Below, piece by piece: positions 46,770-50,676 of a DNA stretch of 50,676 nt. Each line of letters opens with the position of its first letter. Within the stretch, counting starts at the first letter, position 1. The DNA is from Candidatus Moraniibacteriota bacterium (GTDB taxonomy: Bacteria > Patescibacteriota > Minisyncoccia > CAIUEV01 > JAHKAQ01). The notes under the pieces are model-generated. The model saw nothing but the letters and a program-made list of their open reading frames with translations, had not been told where the DNA came from and did no database searches. A program made the translations under genes and the position numbers. The DNA is taken from NCBI GenBank assembly GCA_014729725.1, contig WJJL01000008.1, positions 1 through 50,676 on the forward strand, written 5' to 3'.

Positions 46770-47561
46770 TTATTTACACAAACTATTACAAGCAATTCCG
46801 TCATTGTCGCCGTCTCTTTGTTTACAACCGCATTTTTCCAGCTGAAATTGAGCTTCATCGCAGTTTTGCATCTGAGAACATAATTTAGAGCAATCACAGA
46901 TAAAATTGGAATTGTTTTTAATTTGGTTTGAAGTTTGAGAGGAGCTTGTAGCAGAGTCTTGTTTAGATTGGTCAGAGTTTTGTTTAGCAGCCTGAGTCGT
47001 ATTCCCTTTACATTTATCGCCCCAAAGACCTCTTTTATTTTTTCTGGCTTGCTTTTGAGCGGTTTTAAACTGATTTTGGTATTTATAGGGAATGTTGTAG
47101 GTATATTCGTGGGCAAATCCTTGTTCGATCATAAGTTTATTGTATAAAGTGCCATCTTCTAGGTAAACATATCTTAAAAGTCGATTATATTTATCGCGGT
47201 CCCCTTGGGAAGGATCTTTTTCCAGCCTGACTTTTTTGTTTGCCAAAAGTTCCTTAGCTTTGTTGGATGCTTCTTTGCCAAAGCATTGTACCGGTTTTCT
47301 GGGATCTACGGTTTCCGGAGTGTCTAGGCCGATCATTCTGATTTTTTCCTGCCTGCCTTTAATGTTTACGGTAATTGTATCTCCGTCCACCACTTTTAAA
47401 ACCGGATAAAATTCTTGATTGGTTTTTGGATTTTTAGCGGGAGATGTTTCAGTCGCAACAGGAAAGTCAATGTCTGCGACAAGATTTTTCTGTAGCTTTT
47501 GATCAGAGCAACCAAAAAATAAAGCTATCAAAAAAAATAAACCGATAATTTGTTTTTTCAT
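46770..47561 (-). CDS. Lipoprotein thermonuclease (SNase-like) with C-terminal Excalibur Ca-binding domain; start ATG 47561
   Basis: MKKQIIGLFFLIALFFGC lipobox-like; VVDGDTI, IRMIGLDTPE, DKYNRLLRYV, ARKNKRGLW; C-terminal C..M..C.EA...RDGDNDGIAC. Confidence 0.9.
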   Translation of the reverse strand: MKKQIIGLFFLIALFFGCSDQKLQKNLVADIDFPVATETSPAKNPKTNQEFYPVLKVVDGDTITVNIKGRQEKIRMIGLDTPETVDPRKPVQCFGKEASNKAKELLANKKVRLEKDPSQGDRDKYNRLLRYVYLEDGTLYNKLMIEQGFAHEYTYNIPYKYQNQFKTAQKQARKNKRGLWGDKCKGNTTQAAKQNSDQSKQDSATSSSQTSNQIKNNSNFICDCSKLCSQMQNCDEAQFQLEKCGCKQRDGDNDGIACNSLCK

Positions 47562-47601
47562 TTTTATTTGCTTTAAGATTTCTTTGGTTTTTTTAATTTT
47601 T

Positions 47602-47677
47602 TGGCGCGCCCGGCAGGAGTCGAACCTACAACCCCTTGGTCCGAAGCCAAGTGCTCTATCCATTGAGCTACGGGCGC
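47602..47677 (-). tRNA. tRNA-Arg(TCG)
   Basis: GCGCCCG/CGGGCGC acceptor stem, CTTGG-CTTCGGA-CCAAG anticodon arm, TTCGACT loop, encoded CCA. Confidence 0.95.
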
Positions 47678-48070
47678 GGTTTTGTTTTTAAAATCCTAAA
47701 GGAAGCTTTGAATAATAAATAAACTACTGCGTTTTTAAAAAATGGGAATTTTGCAACACTCTCTTATTCTTCCCGCTTCCCTAAAAGGAAAATATCATTT
47801 TTAAGATAAAAAAACAATTTTTATTTAAATTAAATTTATGTTAAATTATGGTTAAGGCTATCCTAGATTGACCAGTTAAGGCCAACACAGTCAATTATTA
47901 TTTTTATATTTAAAACCAACTCATTAAACCAATTTAAGCCCCTAAATTAAAATTGGGTGATATTTCAACTCCCTTAATTTGTTTGGTGTTTTAAGATAAG
48001 TTAGTTTACCTGGAAAAAATTGGTAAGTTTGGTTTTTTTATAAAATTAAGACGGCTTTTACTAATTTTTT

Positions 48071-48101
48071 AGGGCAGATTTATTTTGGGATCTGTCTTTT
48101 T
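48071..48101 (+). terminator. Terminator-like hairpin in the 5' leader of the kinase-ahcY genes
   Basis: AGGGCAGATTT-attttg-GGATCTGTCTT plus short T-run, 55 nt before the start codon. Confidence 0.5.
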
Positions 48102-48155
48102 AAATAAGTTTGACCCTGTTTTTTGTTTTTAATTGATCAAGATAATTGAATAAAA

Positions 48156-49085
48156 ATGAAAAGAGCAATGGTTATCGGTTCTGTAGTTTATGATGAAATT
48201 TTTACCATAGAGGAGGTAATAAAAAATGAAATTCCCTTAAAAAAGGGCAAGATTGAAAATTTGAATTTAATGTTTAACGCCAGAGAAAAAATCAAACGCT
48301 ACGGGGGAGTGGGCGGTAATATCGCTTACGGATTAGCTGTTCAAAATCAAAAACCGCTTTTGCTAAGCGCGGCTGGGCAGGATTTTTTTTACGATTATGG
48401 CCCCTATTTAAAAAAATTGAATGTTGATTTAAGAATAATGAAAGGCCCGAAAAATTCTCATACCGCCACTTTTTATAGCATAAGCGACCAAAACAAAGAG
48501 CAAATCGGCATTTTTCAACCCAATATTTATAAGAAATATGTTGATAAAATAGAGCTTTTGGATTTAGTAGATAAAAAAGAATTAAAAGCGATAAAGGTGG
48601 TGATTTTTTCCCCCGGAACCGGTCCTAGCACCCAAAAACATTTTAAGCAGTTTGCACAATTCGGTAATACTAAAGCCATAAAAATATTGGATCCCGGTCA
48701 ATCTTTATCAACCACTTTTACCAGAGAAATTTTTGAAAAAATACTTCCCGAAACCGATATTCTAATCGGCAATCAAATTGAAATAAATCAAATGAGTTGT
48801 TTGTATAATTTGAATTTAAGAGATATTTTAAATTTAGGCGCTAAATTTATTATTGAAACCAGAGGAATAAAAGGCTCTATGATTTATACTAAAGAAAAAG
48901 CTTATCCAATCCCCGCTTATCCGGCTAAGAAATTCAAAGAAGCAACCGGAGCCGGGGATGCTTTTAGGGCCGGCTTGATAAAAGCGCTTTTGGCGGGTCA
49001 GGATATTAAAGATTCAGCTTTGCTGGGAGCCAAAGTTGCAGCCAAAAGTGTGGAATTTATAGGAGCGCAGGGTTATAAATTTTAA
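48156..49085 (+). CDS. PfkB-family kinase, probably adenosine/nucleoside kinase
   Basis: GS..YD, GGVGGNIAYGLA, DPGQ, N..E, TRG..GS, TGAGDAFRAG; directly upstream of ahcY. Confidence 0.82.
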   Translation: MKRAMVIGSVVYDEIFTIEEVIKNEIPLKKGKIENLNLMFNAREKIKRYGGVGGNIAYGLAVQNQKPLLLSAAGQDFFYDYGPYLKKLNVDLRIMKGPKNSHTATFYSISDQNKEQIGIFQPNIYKKYVDKIELLDLVDKKELKAIKVVIFSPGTGPSTQKHFKQFAQFGNTKAIKILDPGQSLSTTFTREIFEKILPETDILIGNQIEINQMSCLYNLNLRDILNLGAKFIIETRGIKGSMIYTKEKAYPIPAYPAKKFKEATGAGDAFRAGLIKALLAGQDIKDSALLGAKVAAKSVEFIGAQGYKF

Positions 49086-49094
49086 AAATCAAAC

Positions 49095-50504
49095 ATGAAA
49101 AAAAAGGATTATAAAATCAAAGACCTTAGTTTAGCCGGATTCGGAAGAAAGGAGATTGATCTGGCTGAAAAGGAAATGCCCGGGTTAATGGCAATTAGAA
49201 AAAAATATAAAAGCAAAAAACCTCTTAAAAACGCTCGCATCACCGGTTCTTTGCATATGACTATTCAAACGGCGGTTTTAATAGAAACTTTGAAAGAGTT
49301 GGGAGCCCAGGTTAGGTGGTCGAGTTGTAACATATTTTCCACTCAGGATCACGCAGCAGCAGCCATGGTAGATAAAAATGTCCCTGTTTTTGCCTGGAAA
49401 GGGCAAAATCTAAGACAGTATTGGTGGTGTTTAAAAAAGGCTTTTGAATTTGAAAAAGGGAAAGGACCTAATTTAATTGTCGATGATGGAGGAGATGCTA
49501 CTTTGATGGTGCACAAAGGGGTTGAAATTGAAAAAAATCCCGAAATTTTAAAAACCGATATTTCCGCAGAAAGCCAGGATTATCAGGAATTAATAAGAAT
49601 TTTAAAAAAAACCTACCAACAAGATAAAAATTATTGGACAAAAATAGCAAGTGAAATTTACGGAGTTTCCGAGGAAACCACTACCGGCGTTGGAAGACTC
49701 TATCAACTTCATAAAAAGGGGAAATTGCTATTCCCGGCCATTAATGTTAATGATTCGGTCACTAAATCCAAATTTGACAATCTTTATGGCTGTAGAGAAA
49801 GTTTGGCTGACGGTATAAAAAGAGCCACTGATATTATGATAGCCGGTAAAGTATCGGTTGTATGCGGTTATGGTGATGTTGGTAAAGGCTCGGCTCAATC
49901 TATGAGGGGTTTTGGTTCCAGGGTGGTTGTTACTGAAATTGATCCGATAAACGCCCTGCAAGCCGCAATGGAGGGCTATGAGGTCAAAACGGTTGAGGAT
50001 AGTTTAAAAATTGCCGACATCTACATTACGGCAACCGGAAACAAAGATGTAATTACTTTGGAACATATGCAAAAGATGAAGGATGGATCTATTGTTTGTA
50101 ATATTGGGCATTTTGATAATGAAATTCAAGTTGATGAATTGAATAATTTTCCCAAAATTAAAAAGATAAATATTAAACCTCAGGTGGACAGATATATTTT
50201 TCCTGATGGGCATTCCATAATTCTTTTAGCCGAAGGCAGATTGGTTAATCTTGGCTGTGCCACCGGGCATCCTTCTTTTGTGATGAGCAATTCTTTTTCC
50301 AATCAGGTTTTAGCTCAAATGGATCTTTGGCAGCGCTCAAAAGAGCCGGGAGTTTATTTTTTGAGTAAAAAATTGGATGAAGAGGTGGCCCGTTACCACT
50401 TACCTTCTTTAGGGGTTAAGTTAACAGCTCTTACTAAAAATCAGGCTGATTATTTAGGTGTTCCTATCAAGGGTCCTTATAAATCCAGTCATTATCGTTA
50501 TTAA
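49095..50504 (+). CDS. ahcY: Adenosylhomocysteinase (SAH hydrolase)
   Basis: [67 protein letters not shown]. Confidence 0.98.
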   Translation: MKKKDYKIKDLSLAGFGRKEIDLAEKEMPGLMAIRKKYKSKKPLKNARITGSLHMTIQTAVLIETLKELGAQVRWSSCNIFSTQDHAAAAMVDKNVPVFAWKGQNLRQYWWCLKKAFEFEKGKGPNLIVDDGGDATLMVHKGVEIEKNPEILKTDISAESQDYQELIRILKKTYQQDKNYWTKIASEIYGVSEETTTGVGRLYQLHKKGKLLFPAINVNDSVTKSKFDNLYGCRESLADGIKRATDIMIAGKVSVVCGYGDVGKGSAQSMRGFGSRVVVTEIDPINALQAAMEGYEVKTVEDSLKIADIYITATGNKDVITLEHMQKMKDGSIVCNIGHFDNEIQVDELNNFPKIKKINIKPQVDRYIFPDGHSIILLAEGRLVNLGCATGHPSFVMSNSFSNQVLAQMDLWQRSKEPGVYFLSKKLDEEVARYHLPSLGVKLTALTKNQADYLGVPIKGPYKSSHYRY

Positions 50505-50528
50505 TTCTTAAATTTTTAGCTTAAATCA

Positions 50529-50676
50529 ATGTCAGAAAATAATTTGGAGAAATTTTTAGAAGGAAGACATAAAAAAATTCCTAATTTTAAGGAGAAATTA
50601 GCAGCAGGGATATATATTTTTATTTATTTAGATGATGGGGTAACAAGACAAATATTTAGACATAAATTAAAAAAAA
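50529..50676 (+). CDS. Partial ORF, unknown product (runs off the window)
   Basis: ATG 24 nt after the ahcY stop, open to the end of the window (MSENNLEKFLEGRHKKIPNF...). Confidence 0.4.
   Translation, partial: MSENNLEKFLEGRHKKIPNFKEKLAAGIYIFIYLDDGVTRQIFRHKLKK

Noticed and set aside
47562-47663. 34-aa N-terminal extension of the thermonuclease ORF in the track (MDRALGFGPRGCRFDSCRAR...)
   Set aside because: Much of it is tRNA-Arg read in frame; the signal peptide and lipobox begin at ATG 47561.
43855-47677. Genomic island integrated at the tRNA-Arg 3' end
   Set aside because: I found no duplicated tRNA 3' end, no integrase and no obvious compositional break.
47850-48000. Canonical SAH or SAM-I riboswitch upstream of ahcY
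   Set aside because: Core consensus elements (GAGGAGCG...AGGCUC for SAH; kink-turn and GCAACC/GGUGC for SAM-I) are not present; kept only as an unknown-leader candidate.

Overview
Low-GC (~30% by eye) bacterial chromosomal segment made up mostly of housekeeping genes. It uses the standard genetic code: TGA terminates galU, lepA, rpsB, ftsZ and greA, and RF2 is encoded. Gene content and style (short UvrC, archaeal-type PyrH, short EF-Ts, pilin-like small protein, SD-less A-rich start regions) suggest Patescibacteria/CPR, probably Parcubacteria-like; this is an inference. The window holds surface-glycan genes (2x galU, manC, GT2, GT4, GT-C, O-antigen-ligase-like, GtrA), translation genes (lepA, prfB, rpsB-tsf, rpsU, smpB-ssrA-infC-rpmI-rplT), division and shape genes (ftsEX, ftsA-ftsZ, mreB), gyrB, greA, guaA, dxr, a lone groES with a CIRCE operator, amt, a lipoprotein thermonuclease and an adenosine-kinase-like/ahcY pair. 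It also holds four tRNAs (Ser-GCT, Thr-GGT, Ile-GAT, Arg-TCG) and tmRNA. I found no CRISPR, transposase, integrase or prophage. The main signals are regulatory. (1) rpsU alone has a perfect 8-nt Shine-Dalgarno among SD-less genes, echoing the bS21/anti-SD autoregulation known from Flavobacteria. (2) An identical GC-rich 18-mer hairpin inside a shared larger stem lies in the leaders of both rpsB-tsf and rpmI-rplT. (3) The ybeY stop codon lies inside tRNA-Ile. (4) A ~300-nt structured leader with a terminator-like hairpin precedes the kinase-ahcY genes. All structures were read by eye; no folding or database searches were run.
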